From an uncultured Bacilli bacterium (GTDB lineage: Bacteria > Bacillota_I > Bacilli_A > RF39 > UBA660), in contig CAJUIY010000003.1 of NCBI GenBank assembly GCA_910586865.1, positions 1 to 59,512 on the forward strand: a DNA stretch of 59,512 nt, in the 5' to 3' direction. Positions 24,749-35,249 of the stretch are shown here, in pieces. Positions within the stretch are counted from its first letter, which is position 1. Every line of letters begins with the position of its first letter. The translations under genes were made by a program, and so were the position numbers. The notes beneath the pieces were generated by a model, which saw nothing but the letters and a program-made list of their open reading frames with translations, was not told the DNA's origin and ran no database searches.

Positions 24749-25360
24749 TTATTTTTTTCTATATGATTTATGTGGTCTCATTTTTTCTTGAATGTTTCTT
24801 AGAAGAACGGTATTATAAGGAGCACTCTTTACGGAAGATTTTAAAGTAGTCCATGATTTTTCCTTCATCCAAGAGGCTTTTTTGATTTTTTCTTCAAATG
24901 TTTTCTGTGTATATCCTTTTTTTCTTTTGATATCAAACAATGCTAGAAAAGCTTTTACAGGCTCTTCAATTAGCATTTCATTTTTAATATTGCTACTATA
25001 AACCTCTGTTAATTTATCAAAACATAGTACCTTTGAATACAACATTTCATTAAAGACATTTTTTAAGTCATTCGCTGCTTTTTTCTCTTGTAATACTTGT
25101 ACACCAGACATTCTAGTACTTAATAACATTTGATCAATTACATTGTGTACATGGCGAATATCCTGAAAAGATACCCCTCTTTTTAACTCCGCTTTATACT
25201 GAATGTACTCTCCGTTATCAGAATCTACAACAAAAAACACCTTCGGCTTTTTTGCTTTTTTTTGTAACTTTCTTTGTTTTTCTACTTCTTTTTCTGGAAG
25301 CCTAACACTATCACCCAATATCAATAATGGTGCATTATCACTCATACTTACTATATCCAT
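24749..25360 (-). CDS. hypothetical protein (203 aa)
   Basis: Long ORF with RBS AAGAGGGT. Upstream promoter-like TTGCTA-17-TACAAT with TG extension. No recognisable domain. Confidence 0.55.
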   Translation of the reverse strand: MDIVSMSDNAPLLILGDSVRLPEKEVEKQRKLQKKAKKPKVFFVVDSDNGEYIQYKAELKRGVSFQDIRHVHNVIDQMLLSTRMSGVQVLQEKKAANDLKNVFNEMLYSKVLCFDKLTEVYSSNIKNEMLIEEPVKAFLALFDIKRKKGYTQKTFEEKIKKASWMKEKSWTTLKSSVKSAPYNTVLLRNIQEKMRPHKSYRKK

Positions 25361-25713
25361 TTTTTACCCTCTTTCTTTCACATGTTTCTGTATTGTATCA
25401 CACTTTTCTACTTTTAGCAAGCACCAACACTTTTCATTCCATAATAATATATTCGAAAAGCAGTTTATCATGTACAAAAGCTTATCTTTTTTTAATTATC
25501 CCTAAATATTTTGATGAATACTTCTTACGAAACATTTACCTAATCCTCCTCTCTTTTTTCAGCATCATAACAAAAAAAAGGAAGAGATACAAAAGAGACA
25601 TTTTCATTTTTTATCAAAAAAAATATTAGATTTATTCTTTTTTCTAATATCTTTTTAATAAAATCTTTCTTTTCTTTCTAAATACTAAAAAGAAAAGCAG
25701 AGAAAAATTAATT

Positions 25714-27750
25714 TTAGTTATAGATATATAATTCGTGTTGTGCCCTTGTTGCCGCAACATATAAAAGATTTCTTTCATCCTTTTTATAAGAGTTTTTTCG
25801 GTTGTTATAGATAATAACACTATCAAACTCCAAGCCCTTGGCAATATAAGCAGGAATCACCACTAAATCCTTATTAAAGTTGGTAGTCGTTTCTTCAATT
25901 AATGAGATATTAAGACGACTCTTTAAAAACTCATATAGTTTTTTTGCTTCTACTTCATCCTTTGTAATCACAGCTACCGATTGATATTTCTTTGTCAAGG
26001 TATCAATATCTTCATATAGACTTTCGGCTAAATCTTCGGTATTTTTTCTCATTTGAATGGGAACATTACTACTTTTTCGAATAGCACTCACATGATTTAA
26101 ACCTAATATTTTATTCGTATAATCAATAATTTCAGGAGAAGAGCGATAGGTCTTTGTTAACTCTAAATACCTCGTATCTCCCTTAAAAATATCTCTTAAT
26201 TCTTCTAAAGAGGAATATTTATAATAAGGGTTAATATTTTGATTGACATCTCCTAATATCGTAAATTCTGCTTTTTTAAAGATATGATTAATAATGATAT
26301 ATTGTAACTTATTGTAATCTTGTGCTTCATCAATTACTACTTGTTTGACGTTTGCCTCATAATAAAACCCATTTAACATTCCTTTCATATAAGTGAAAAG
26401 TAAGCTATCTTCATAGTGAATAACATCCCTATGCACAAAACTTTTGATTTCGGCATCGGATAAAACTATTTTACAATAATCACTTTTATAAAAATCGGTA
26501 TATATTTTCTTATAGTCTTCCGAAAAGTTAATCGCACCATTGATTAATTTTCGAAAAGTGGCCTTTTTCTTATTGGTTCCTTTATAAAACGTATTCGATA
26601 ACTTCTCTGCGATTTGGTCTAATCTTTCAAAAAGAGGCAAGCGATCATATTTATAATGCAACATTTCATTTAACTCTTCTAAGGTGGTAAAATGAAACTT
26701 TGTCTCTTCAATATCATCGGTAAACTTCGCATTTTTTATATAACTTTCTAAATAATGGTCAAAGTCATCAATGATTTCATTACTTTGTTTATATTTCACT
26801 AGTTTTATATGTTCTTCCTTTTTCGAGTAATAGCGAAATAAAAAGTTAGAAAACGTTTCTACTTCTTTGTATTCAGTTAAAAAAGAGGCTAAATAATCAT
26901 GAAAAGTAGTTTGAAGGGTATTCTCTTCTCCTAGCTCTGGTAAAACATTAGAAATATATTCCGTAAAGATATTATTGGGAGAAAAAATTAAGATATTACT
27001 ACTAGTTAAGTTTTTAATTTGATAAAGTAAAAAAGCAATACGATGAAGAGCTACGGTTGTTTTTCCACTTCCAGCAATTCCTTGAACAATTAAATTATCA
27101 TCGTCTAAGTTTCGAATAATTTTATTTTGTTCTTCTTGAATGGTATTGACGATATTTTTCATTTTTTCGCTTGAGTTCTCACTTAAAACAGTCTGTAGGA
27201 CTTCATCATTAATGTTTAAGTCATTATCAAAAACACTAATTAACCTATTATTTTCTATCTGGTATTGTCTTTTTCTAAGGAGTTCTCCTTCAATGATTCC
27301 TGCAGGAGCCTTATAACTACACTTTCCTACCTCATAATCATAAAACAAACTACAAATAGGACTTCTCCAATCATATAAAATATTATTTAAGTTCTTATCT
27401 TTTAAATAAGTAAGCGATAAATAAATGTTAAATACATCTCCATCTAAATCTTGAAAGACAATAGAAGCAAAATATGGCTTTTTTTCTACTTTTAATAGAC
27501 TTCTTAAATATTTTTCTTTATCCATTACACGATGTTCTTCTTCGTTTGATAACGTCTTCGCCTGTGAAATATCACCAGCATCAAAAGAAGAAGAGTCTTG
27601 CCATATAATTTTTTTAAACTCCACTAAATCATTGCTAGAGATTTTTACCGTTTCTTTTAAGGAATCGATATTTTTCTTTACTAAATGAGATACTTTTTTT
27701 AATATTGTTTTTTCTTTTTCTAGTTCTACACCTTCAATTGCCATATCCAT
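25714..27750 (-). CDS. helD: HelD-like UvrD/Rep superfamily-1 helicase (RNA polymerase-associated helicase IV type, 678 aa)
   Basis: N-terminal coiled-coil, then KPYFASIVF...IYLSLTYL and LYDWRSPICSLFYD (HelD hallmarks). Walker A GIAGSGKTT, DEAQDY, and C-terminal LYVAATRAQHEL. Confidence 0.8.
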   Translation of the reverse strand: MDMAIEGVELEKEKTILKKVSHLVKKNIDSLKETVKISSNDLVEFKKIIWQDSSSFDAGDISQAKTLSNEEEHRVMDKEKYLRSLLKVEKKPYFASIVFQDLDGDVFNIYLSLTYLKDKNLNNILYDWRSPICSLFYDYEVGKCSYKAPAGIIEGELLRKRQYQIENNRLISVFDNDLNINDEVLQTVLSENSSEKMKNIVNTIQEEQNKIIRNLDDDNLIVQGIAGSGKTTVALHRIAFLLYQIKNLTSSNILIFSPNNIFTEYISNVLPELGEENTLQTTFHDYLASFLTEYKEVETFSNFLFRYYSKKEEHIKLVKYKQSNEIIDDFDHYLESYIKNAKFTDDIEETKFHFTTLEELNEMLHYKYDRLPLFERLDQIAEKLSNTFYKGTNKKKATFRKLINGAINFSEDYKKIYTDFYKSDYCKIVLSDAEIKSFVHRDVIHYEDSLLFTYMKGMLNGFYYEANVKQVVIDEAQDYNKLQYIIINHIFKKAEFTILGDVNQNINPYYKYSSLEELRDIFKGDTRYLELTKTYRSSPEIIDYTNKILGLNHVSAIRKSSNVPIQMRKNTEDLAESLYEDIDTLTKKYQSVAVITKDEVEAKKLYEFLKSRLNISLIEETTTNFNKDLVVIPAYIAKGLEFDSVIIYNNRKNSYKKDERNLLYVAATRAQHELYIYN

Positions 27751-27828
27751 TCTCCTTATACTCTATCTTACAAAAATAAATATATCATAAAAAGAAAAGG
27801 CTTTCAATTTAGTTTACTAAAATTAACG

Positions 27829-30800
27829 TCAAATTTTTTCGGGAACTTTTTCTATCCTTTCTTCTAAAATAGAATATAAATAGATATCTACTTCTTTATC
27901 AGAAATCGTATGAATGTAATTCTGATATCCTTCTAATTGTTTGTAATAAGCCGAATCGTTTGTATTTTTCAATTTATAATCTACAATTGTAATCTTATCT
28001 TCCTCTTCTATCAAAAGATCAATCATACCATGTTTTACTTCTTCTTCCAAAGAATAAGAGAATTCATACTCCTTATAGTATTTTGCGTTCTTTCTTTTCT
28101 TTATAAAATCACTTTCTAGAAAACTCTTTACTTTTCTCGCTTCAAAATCAGTCATATACGAATAATCTGGATTCTGAAAATCTATAAACTCTAATAACTC
28201 ATGGATTCGAATTCCCAGGTCGAGTGTTCTTCTATCCTCTTTTGTAATAAAGGATAATGATTTTGAAAATTTAGACTCTTTTTGCTCTTCTTCTGGGATG
28301 AAAATCTCTTTGATGGTAAGCTTCTCTTCTTTTTCCAAATTCCTTAATTTTGTGCTAGTTCCTCTTTTTAAATAATCCTTCGTGTAATTTGCCTCCTTCT
28401 TGATGATATATCCTTTTATTTTAGGATAGATTAGAACTAACATATCATAAAAAGATTTTATTTTTCTTTTTTCTTGATAAGAAATTACTTGTTTTCCCTT
28501 TGTTGTATCCATATCTGGTAAAACCATAATAATCTTTTCTTTTGCACGTGTCAAAGCCACATACAAAAGTCGAATTTTTTCGGATATTTCTTCCTGTTTT
28601 GTCTCCGAAGTAAGAAGCATCTTATAGATGGTATCCTTTTTATATTCCTGAAAATAAGGAGTAATTATTCCTAAATGATTACTATATAAAATAGGATCAT
28701 TTAATTCTTTAAAACTAAATTCTTTCGTAAATCCAGCAAAATAACAAATTGGATATTCTAAGCCCTTTGATTTATGAATCGTCATAATTTTTACCGAATT
28801 ACTATCACTGTGATTCAAGGAAAAAGACACCTTATCTTCACTTTCTAATATTTCCTCTAGATAAGCAATAAAATCTTCTGCCGTTTTCCCAATATTTTCT
28901 AATGATTCTGCTAAGTTATAAAAGTACTCTAATCGCTTTCTTCCAATTTCCACATTTCCTATTGTTATTAGTTTCTCTTCCCATTGAAAGATTTCTAATA
29001 ATTTTAAAAAGAAGGCTTTAAAGGATATCTCATAATAGTAATCATATAACTTCAAACATTTCTCAAAAATAACGCTATCTTTGAAGTTTTCTTTATAAAA
29101 ATAATCAAATAACACCTCATCATCAATATGAAATAAGAAACTTCTCCCCAAAGAGAAAAAGCAATATTGAAACTCTTCTTTGTATTCTTCCTTGTCAATC
29201 GCTTGTATCATTTTTAAAATGTTTTTAATTAGAAAGATATCGTTATGATTCTTTACTTCCTCTTCTTTATAAAGGGTAAGAGGAATATTTAAATATTCAA
29301 ATATTTTCTTATATAAATCAAAGTCACTACTTCGATCTAATAAAATAACAAAATCACGATAGGATACTTCTCTTTTTATCTTTTCATCTTTATCAAAGAT
29401 AAGGTAATGACTCTTTATTTTCTTTTTAATATCTTCTCCAATTAAAAAGATTTCTTTTTCACTTTTGGTAAAGTTAGAATCAATATCATCATAAGAAAAG
29501 ATTTCAAAATCATAATTTTGCTCTGTTTTTCCTTCTTTATGATAAGAAAAGTTTCCAAATACCATTTGATGAGAGGTTTTATAGTCTGCTCCCCCTATCC
29601 TATCATCCATTAAGTCATTAAAGATTAAATTAATATTATTCAAAACTTCGTCTCTAGAGCGAAAGTTTTTTAACAAATCAATTTTTAACCCCTCTTTCCC
29701 TATCGTATACTCATCATATTTATTTTTAAAGATATAAGGGTTGGCATTACGAAACCGATAAATCGATTGTTTAATGTCTCCGACCATATAAACATTATGA
29801 TTACTAATCAAAGAGACAAAGTACTCTTGAATATCATTCGTGTCCTGATACTCATCTAGCATAATTTCTTTAAAACTACTCTTTAATTCTTCTCTAATTT
29901 CCTCGTTCTCTTCTACTAACTGAATCGCTAGTTTACTAATATCTAAAAATGAATTCTTATTTTCTTCTTTTTTCGCTTTTTGTAAACGAGTACGATATTT
30001 CTTTATAATGGTCAAAATAATTTCTACATCCTCTTTTGTTGCTTTTAACTCTTTTTTGATTTGATCACTATTATCACAAATACACATTTCCTTAATCGAA
30101 GTCAAAGTAGACCCCATCTTGGTTTTGATTTCTTTGGCCTCTTCATCCTCTAGATTTCTAGGTAACTGTAACGATCTAGCATCTGGAATATTTTGGATTA
30201 CTTCATCATAATTCTTACTGTAAAAAAGAGGATTTAACTTTTGATAGAACTTCTCTGTAGTATCACTATCTAAGTGATGGGAAAGGATATCCATATCTTC
30301 TTCCATGGTACCAATTAATAATTTTATTTCTTGATAAAACTGTTTAATATTATCATTTATAATTTTGTCTTGATAATAGTTTGAAATATAATTTTCTAAG
30401 TAGTAATCGGCATCCATTCTCATATCCAAAGTATCACTTAATTTTATCAATAATTTTTTTAATTTGTCATCGTCTTTGGTACAAAAATGGTGGATAAATT
30501 CTCTAAACTTTTCATCATCGTTTCGTAAGTAGTACTCCTCAAATACTTCTTCCATTATTTTCTTTTTTAAAATAGTAAGTAAAGAAGCATCTGTTATCGA
30601 AATGTTTTTGGGCATATTTAACAGATAATGATATTTCTTCACTAAACTTAAAGAAAAACTATCAAAGGTAGTAATATAGGCAGAATCGATTAAGTTCACT
30701 TGATCTTCTAAATGTTCTTTTTTTAATTTCTTACGAATTCGATCTTTCATCTCTTTTGCTGCGGCATTCGTAAATGTCATGATTAGAAATTCATTGATAG

Positions 30801-30939
30801 AAGTTCCTTGTAATACCTTTTGTAATACTCGTTCGGATAAGACTGCGGTTTTGCCAGAACCTGCTCCTGCTGAAACAATGATATTAGTACCACTTTTTTC
30901 AATTGCCATTAACTGTTCTTCGGTCCATGTATTAGCCAT
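27829..30939 (-). CDS. addA: ATP-dependent helicase/nuclease subunit A (AddA/RexA), compact 1036 aa
   Basis: UvrD-like motifs (GAGSGKT, LDEYQDTN, MTIHKSKGLEYP, LLYVALTRAKEK) and a C-terminal RecB-type nuclease motif (GMIDLL...IVDYKLK). Confidence 0.85.
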   Translation of the reverse strand: MANTWTEEQLMAIEKSGTNIIVSAGAGSGKTAVLSERVLQKVLQGTSINEFLIMTFTNAAAKEMKDRIRKKLKKEHLEDQVNLIDSAYITTFDSFSLSLVKKYHYLLNMPKNISITDASLLTILKKKIMEEVFEEYYLRNDDEKFREFIHHFCTKDDDKLKKLLIKLSDTLDMRMDADYYLENYISNYYQDKIINDNIKQFYQEIKLLIGTMEEDMDILSHHLDSDTTEKFYQKLNPLFYSKNYDEVIQNIPDARSLQLPRNLEDEEAKEIKTKMGSTLTSIKEMCICDNSDQIKKELKATKEDVEIILTIIKKYRTRLQKAKKEENKNSFLDISKLAIQLVEENEEIREELKSSFKEIMLDEYQDTNDIQEYFVSLISNHNVYMVGDIKQSIYRFRNANPYIFKNKYDEYTIGKEGLKIDLLKNFRSRDEVLNNINLIFNDLMDDRIGGADYKTSHQMVFGNFSYHKEGKTEQNYDFEIFSYDDIDSNFTKSEKEIFLIGEDIKKKIKSHYLIFDKDEKIKREVSYRDFVILLDRSSDFDLYKKIFEYLNIPLTLYKEEEVKNHNDIFLIKNILKMIQAIDKEEYKEEFQYCFFSLGRSFLFHIDDEVLFDYFYKENFKDSVIFEKCLKLYDYYYEISFKAFFLKLLEIFQWEEKLITIGNVEIGRKRLEYFYNLAESLENIGKTAEDFIAYLEEILESEDKVSFSLNHSDSNSVKIMTIHKSKGLEYPICYFAGFTKEFSFKELNDPILYSNHLGIITPYFQEYKKDTIYKMLLTSETKQEEISEKIRLLYVALTRAKEKIIMVLPDMDTTKGKQVISYQEKRKIKSFYDMLVLIYPKIKGYIIKKEANYTKDYLKRGTSTKLRNLEKEEKLTIKEIFIPEEEQKESKFSKSLSFITKEDRRTLDLGIRIHELLEFIDFQNPDYSYMTDFEARKVKSFLESDFIKKRKNAKYYKEYEFSYSLEEEVKHGMIDLLIEEEDKITIVDYKLKNTNDSAYYKQLEGYQNYIHTISDKEVDIYLYSILEERIEKVPEKI

Positions 30940-33262
30940 TGTTATTCCCTCCTAAAAAAGATAAATCCTTTTGTTTTTCTAAGACTACTTCATCATCACT
31001 TGTCTTAAAACATAAATCTTTATATTTACAGTTTTCACATGCCAAATTTTGATGATCCATCACTTTTGGATTAATCGTAAAATTTCCTTCTAATATCTCT
31101 TTACTTTGTTTCGAAATTAAATTTTTTGTATAATCAATAATACCACTAAATTCCTCATCACTTAATAGTTTGGCACGTTTATCAAACTCTTCTTTTCCTG
31201 TTATTTTTATTCCCTTAATATATTCACTTTTTTCATAGGTTTGGTCAAAAAGACGTAACCTTTCCTGATGATTCGTGGTATATCCTGTTAATCTTAAATT
31301 CTTTTTATATTCCTCTTCTATTTCTATATTCTTTTTATATTTTAAAATACCATTTAATACTTTTTGTAAATAAATTCCACTAAATTTAATATTTGAAAAA
31401 AGGTTAGAATCATAAACTAAATATAAATAGATAGGAAGTTGCATATCGAGTCCATATTTCATATTACAAATATTTGTATGGAGTGTTCCTGTTTTATAGT
31501 CAATAATACTTAATAACGTGTCTTTTTGTTCTTCTTTATACATTATCTTATCAATATTTCCGGTAAAAGTAGTTGGAATATAATTTGGAACCTTTACCTT
31601 TATTTTTTTCTCATATAACTTATTAGGATACGTTGTATATTCTTCCTGATTTCTTAAAATTTCAATATCCTTTTTTAATTCTTCCTTTAGAATGTTCAAA
31701 AAGAAAGAATCTTTGGAAGAGAGTTCTAATTTTTCTAAATAATTATCCCATTCTCTTTCGAAATGAAAATAATTTAAATAACATACGGAAAACATATAAT
31801 GGAATAAATTGCCTACTAAGGTATTAAAGTTATCTCGAAATAAATCTAGTTTTAATACATATTTAATATAATAACTAAAATTACATAATTGATATCTGTT
31901 AAAAGAAGTATAACTAAGAGTTAGTTTATTTCCTATATAGTTTAAATAGTTAGAGTGATTGATTTTTGTAAAAGTATTTTGATAAGTCTTATAAGGAATG
32001 GTAGGATACGTTTGATATAATGGTTTTAAATAGATATTTTCTTCTCCATATTTATCATATTGATCAAGCATATGACCAAGTAATAATTGATTATATAAAT
32101 GACTATTTGAATATCCTAATTGATAGTTTACTTCTTTCCATTCTAAATCAGATAAGATACTAGATTTTAAATATTCTTGAAAATTACTTTCTTTTTTATA
32201 AGAGAGAAAAATATTTTTGGTATTCGATAAAACAATTTCTAAATATTCTCTTTCTAATTTATTTTTGTAAGAAGAGGAATATAAAGGAACCTCTTTTTTT
32301 AGAGAATCATTAATGTAGTCTAAGTCCTTATGTATTTTGGGCAATACATCTTGATTAAGACCTAATACAAACAAGTAAGATTCTTCATCTAAGGGCCGTA
32401 ACGTATCCAAAATATTAACTGCGTTTTTATACTGTTTAGAAGATAAATAGGTATTTTTTAATTTGTCAATTAAGAATTCTTGATAATGCTTACTTTCTAT
32501 TACATCAACGATAGAGTTAACCGCATCCATTAGTTTTATTACGACTTCATTCGTAAATCCTGGTAAAGTACCACTTTTTAAGTATTCTTTGACAATATTG
32601 GTACCATAAATACAATCTTTCCTATTAAGATGAATAGGAAGATGAAACTTTTCAAAAAGAGTTTTTATACTATAATGATATTCTCTTGTTACATTTGCTA
32701 AATAGATATTAGAAAGAGATACACCCCTTTGATAGAGCTCTATTATTTTCTCAATAACAAAAATAACTTCTTCTTCTAGTGTTTGACAGCAAAAAACAGT
32801 AGGATGGATTTCTCTTTTTTCTTCTTTTAAAATCGTTGCTTGTTGAAACATTTCCTCTTCGTATTGATCTAGAAGATAATAGCCATATACTATGACTTTC
32901 TTATTTTCAATATACTTTCGAAAAATAGGATCAAAAATTAAATAGTTATTTTCTACTAATTCTTTTTTCAACTCCTGCAGTTTTATCAGTTTCCTACTAT
33001 GATAAGTTTTTTCTAAATCGATGACATATAACTCTTCTACCATCATTCTAGCAACTTCTAAAATATATCCATACTTTTCCATTAAATAGTGAAGTGTTTG
33101 GTTGGTATAAGAAAAAAAGTAACGTCTTTTATATTCCTCTTTTGTCATAAATTTTGTATGTGTTAAAGTCTTTTTCTTTTGTAAGATTTCTTTTTTTATA
33201 TCGTTTGGACATACTACTACTGTATTTTCTAAATTCTCTTTTTCAAGCATAAATATCACCAT
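30932..33262 (-). CDS. addB: ATP-dependent helicase/nuclease subunit B (AddB/RexB), compact 776 aa
   Basis: Overlaps addA by 8 nt. C-terminal nuclease motif IIDYKTG plus the Fe-S 'iron staple' cysteines (C...CENCKYKDLC = C-x2-C-x5-C). No Walker A is visible at the N-terminus. Confidence 0.8.
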   Translation of the reverse strand: MVIFMLEKENLENTVVVCPNDIKKEILQKKKTLTHTKFMTKEEYKRRYFFSYTNQTLHYLMEKYGYILEVARMMVEELYVIDLEKTYHSRKLIKLQELKKELVENNYLIFDPIFRKYIENKKVIVYGYYLLDQYEEEMFQQATILKEEKREIHPTVFCCQTLEEEVIFVIEKIIELYQRGVSLSNIYLANVTREYHYSIKTLFEKFHLPIHLNRKDCIYGTNIVKEYLKSGTLPGFTNEVVIKLMDAVNSIVDVIESKHYQEFLIDKLKNTYLSSKQYKNAVNILDTLRPLDEESYLFVLGLNQDVLPKIHKDLDYINDSLKKEVPLYSSSYKNKLEREYLEIVLSNTKNIFLSYKKESNFQEYLKSSILSDLEWKEVNYQLGYSNSHLYNQLLLGHMLDQYDKYGEENIYLKPLYQTYPTIPYKTYQNTFTKINHSNYLNYIGNKLTLSYTSFNRYQLCNFSYYIKYVLKLDLFRDNFNTLVGNLFHYMFSVCYLNYFHFEREWDNYLEKLELSSKDSFFLNILKEELKKDIEILRNQEEYTTYPNKLYEKKIKVKVPNYIPTTFTGNIDKIMYKEEQKDTLLSIIDYKTGTLHTNICNMKYGLDMQLPIYLYLVYDSNLFSNIKFSGIYLQKVLNGILKYKKNIEIEEEYKKNLRLTGYTTNHQERLRLFDQTYEKSEYIKGIKITGKEEFDKRAKLLSDEEFSGIIDYTKNLISKQSKEILEGNFTINPKVMDHQNLACENCKYKDLCFKTSDDEVVLEKQKDLSFLGGNNNG

Positions 33263-33299
33263 CTTTATTTTATCAAAAAAGACAAAAAAAAAGAAGTAT

Positions 33300-33518
33300 T
33301 TACTCTGCTTCTTTTGATTCCATTATGGTTTGCTTTTTGTAACTACCACATTTTGAACATACTCTATGTGGCTTAATCATTTCACCACATGATGGACATT
33401 TTGTCATCGTTGGTGCTGTCATTGCTTTATGGGCTTGTCTCATTCTTTTTCTTGTTTTTGATACCTTATGATCTGGTACAGCAAACATTTGAATATTTAA
33501 GCTTAACATTGTTATCAC
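33300..33518 (-). CDS. rpmF: 50S ribosomal protein L32
   Basis: AVPDHKVSKTRKRMR...CPSCGEMIKPHRVCSKCGSY matches L32. The likely true start is ATG at 33488 (MFAVP...). Confidence 0.9.
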   Translation of the reverse strand: MITMLSLNIQMFAVPDHKVSKTRKRMRQAHKAMTAPTMTKCPSCGEMIKPHRVCSKCGSYKKQTIMESKEAE

Positions 33519-34003
33519 TCCTTTTTATCAAAGTCTTTTAATAAATCAGCAAAGGGATTCTTCTCTGATTTATGGTCCTCTTCACTAATTAATTTCCAGC
33601 CATCCCCATGAATTTCGTCTAGATTGGAAACCTTTGTAAATTTCATGGGAACCTCTAGTACAATATTTTCCCACAAAAACTCAAATAAATCAAGACTATT
33701 TTTATCATTTTTTAAGTTTTCTTCCAAAATATCATCATAGAAAATAGAAAATGGATACTCTACAGGTTCTAGAGAAATGTCATCTTCTAGTATCATGACC
33801 CCACTAATATCGAATTTTGCATGTATTTCTTCTTCCTCTTCATAAGAAAAGAAGCCATCCACTTTAATATCCTTTAATTCCAGTACTTTCGTATTTTGGT
33901 AATAACTCTTTGGAATGGTTACTACTTTGTGAATTTCTAATTTTTCAATAAAAGATAAATCAAGCATTTTATTTTCACCTCTTTTTCTGATAAGCTTTTC
34001 CAT
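33515..34003 (-). CDS. yceD: YceD/DUF177-family protein (23S rRNA accumulation protein)
   Basis: Acidic protein of about 150 aa immediately upstream of rpmF, the conserved yceD-rpmF arrangement. The likely start is Met13 (33967). Confidence 0.75.
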   Translation of the reverse strand: MEKLIRKRGENKMLDLSFIEKLEIHKVVTIPKSYYQNTKVLELKDIKVDGFFSYEEEEEIHAKFDISGVMILEDDISLEPVEYPFSIFYDDILEENLKNDKNSLDLFEFLWENIVLEVPMKFTKVSNLDEIHGDGWKLISEEDHKSEKNPFADLLKDFDKKE

Positions 34004-35249
34004 CTTTTGCTTCTTCGTATTGTTGATTCAAAATATTTGTATAAAGTGTGCCCTCTTTGATTTCTTTACGTCTTTCTATTAACCAATATATTTTTTTGTC
34101 TAATTCCTTTGAAGAGGAAGCATCACGAATAAATAACAATATTTTATCTAATATAAAATAATTATCTAGAAAAGAAACAAAACCCTCTTGACCATCAAAT
34201 TCATCAAAAAGAAGAAAGTTAAGTTTCTTATCAAAAATTTCCGTTTCGTCCTCGTCCATTGTTTGTCTTTTCTTAGAACATAAATCTCTTATAATCATCA
34301 ATCTCATCATATACTCTAGTTGATAAAAGTTTTTACTAAAAAAGATATCCCTAATACAAGATTGATGTAATAGAGGGGTTTCCCTTACCTCATTAATGAC
34401 AAAATAATCCTGCTTTTTACTAATCGATTTTATGAAATCTCCATATTCTTCTATTCTTTCACCAGATTTTATTTCATCCAGTAAAAAGTCAGGTAATTCA
34501 CTAATATTTTTTACAATATCCTGATTGATATAGGTATTTTCTTCGTCTTCTACTACCGAATACTTAAGTAAAAGTAATCTCTCATGAAGATACCTTTTGT
34601 TACCTAATGCACAATCCATAACAGAAGAAAAGTCAGAACAAGATATTTTTTTGACATAGTCATAACGAAAGTCATTCGTAAGACAGGTTAAAAGCTCCAT
34701 TTTTTCATCTGAACGATGATTGGACTGTACCAGTTGTAAAAATTTATCAGCACCTAAATCTATGATAGAGGACATGATATTTTGATGAGAAATAATTTTC
34801 AAGTCATTACAATCTAATAAAGCTTCAAAAAAAGTTGCAATCGAATGACTGTTCCCTAATATGGTATGTATAAAACTTAGAACAGAATCCTCTTCTACAA
34901 AACTACTATTGTTATGAGAATCCATATATTTATCCACTAACTCCTGGCACCATTCCGGACTCTTTATTATATAATATAACTTTTCGATATCGAATATTTT
35001 CATTTCATTAGAAGCAATTATTTGTAGTTTTAAATCAATAATATTACAAATATCAGCGATTGAAAATTCATAGTGCTGGTTCATCTCTTTATCAAATGTT
35101 TCAAAAATATAAGAAAGTTGCTCCTGATTCATTTTCCTAGTTCTATGCCTCAATGTTTGCATTCTTTTTTCTATCGAAAACTGTTTTAGTCTATTCTTAT
35201 CCAAATTTGGAATTTTATCCAACCAACTTTTGGTCATAAAACTTACCAT
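33975..35249 (-). CDS. hypothetical helical protein (424 aa)
   Basis: Long ORF directly upstream of yceD-rpmF on the same strand. No recognisable domain. Confidence 0.55.
   Translation of the reverse strand: MVSFMTKSWLDKIPNLDKNRLKQFSIEKRMQTLRHRTRKMNQEQLSYIFETFDKEMNQHYEFSIADICNIIDLKLQIIASNEMKIFDIEKLYYIIKSPEWCQELVDKYMDSHNNSSFVEEDSVLSFIHTILGNSHSIATFFEALLDCNDLKIISHQNIMSSIIDLGADKFLQLVQSNHRSDEKMELLTCLTNDFRYDYVKKISCSDFSSVMDCALGNKRYLHERLLLLKYSVVEDEENTYINQDIVKNISELPDFLLDEIKSGERIEEYGDFIKSISKKQDYFVINEVRETPLLHQSCIRDIFFSKNFYQLEYMMRLMIIRDLCSKKRQTMDEDETEIFDKKLNFLLFDEFDGQEGFVSFLDNYFILDKILLFIRDASSSKELDKKIYWLIERRKEIKEGTLYTNILNQQYEEAKDGKAYQKKR

Noticed and set aside
25203-25844. ORFs 25203-25505 (+), 25327-25629 (+) and 25644-25844 (-) around the helD-downstream intergenic region.
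   Set aside because: Their sequences are low-complexity and hydrophobic. They overlap the 203-aa gene or the helD 3' end, and they lack RBSs. The region looks like promoter and terminator DNA.
25714-27750. Considered whether the UvrD-like helicase plus the two unknown downstream genes form a phage-defence system (Gabija GajB-like or similar).
   Set aside because: The protein carries the HelD-specific N-terminal coiled-coil and the PYF...(I/V)F and DWR(S/A)P motifs. No OLD-type or other nuclease or ATPase partner is adjacent. A gap of about 350 bp and a separate promoter separate it from the unknown genes.
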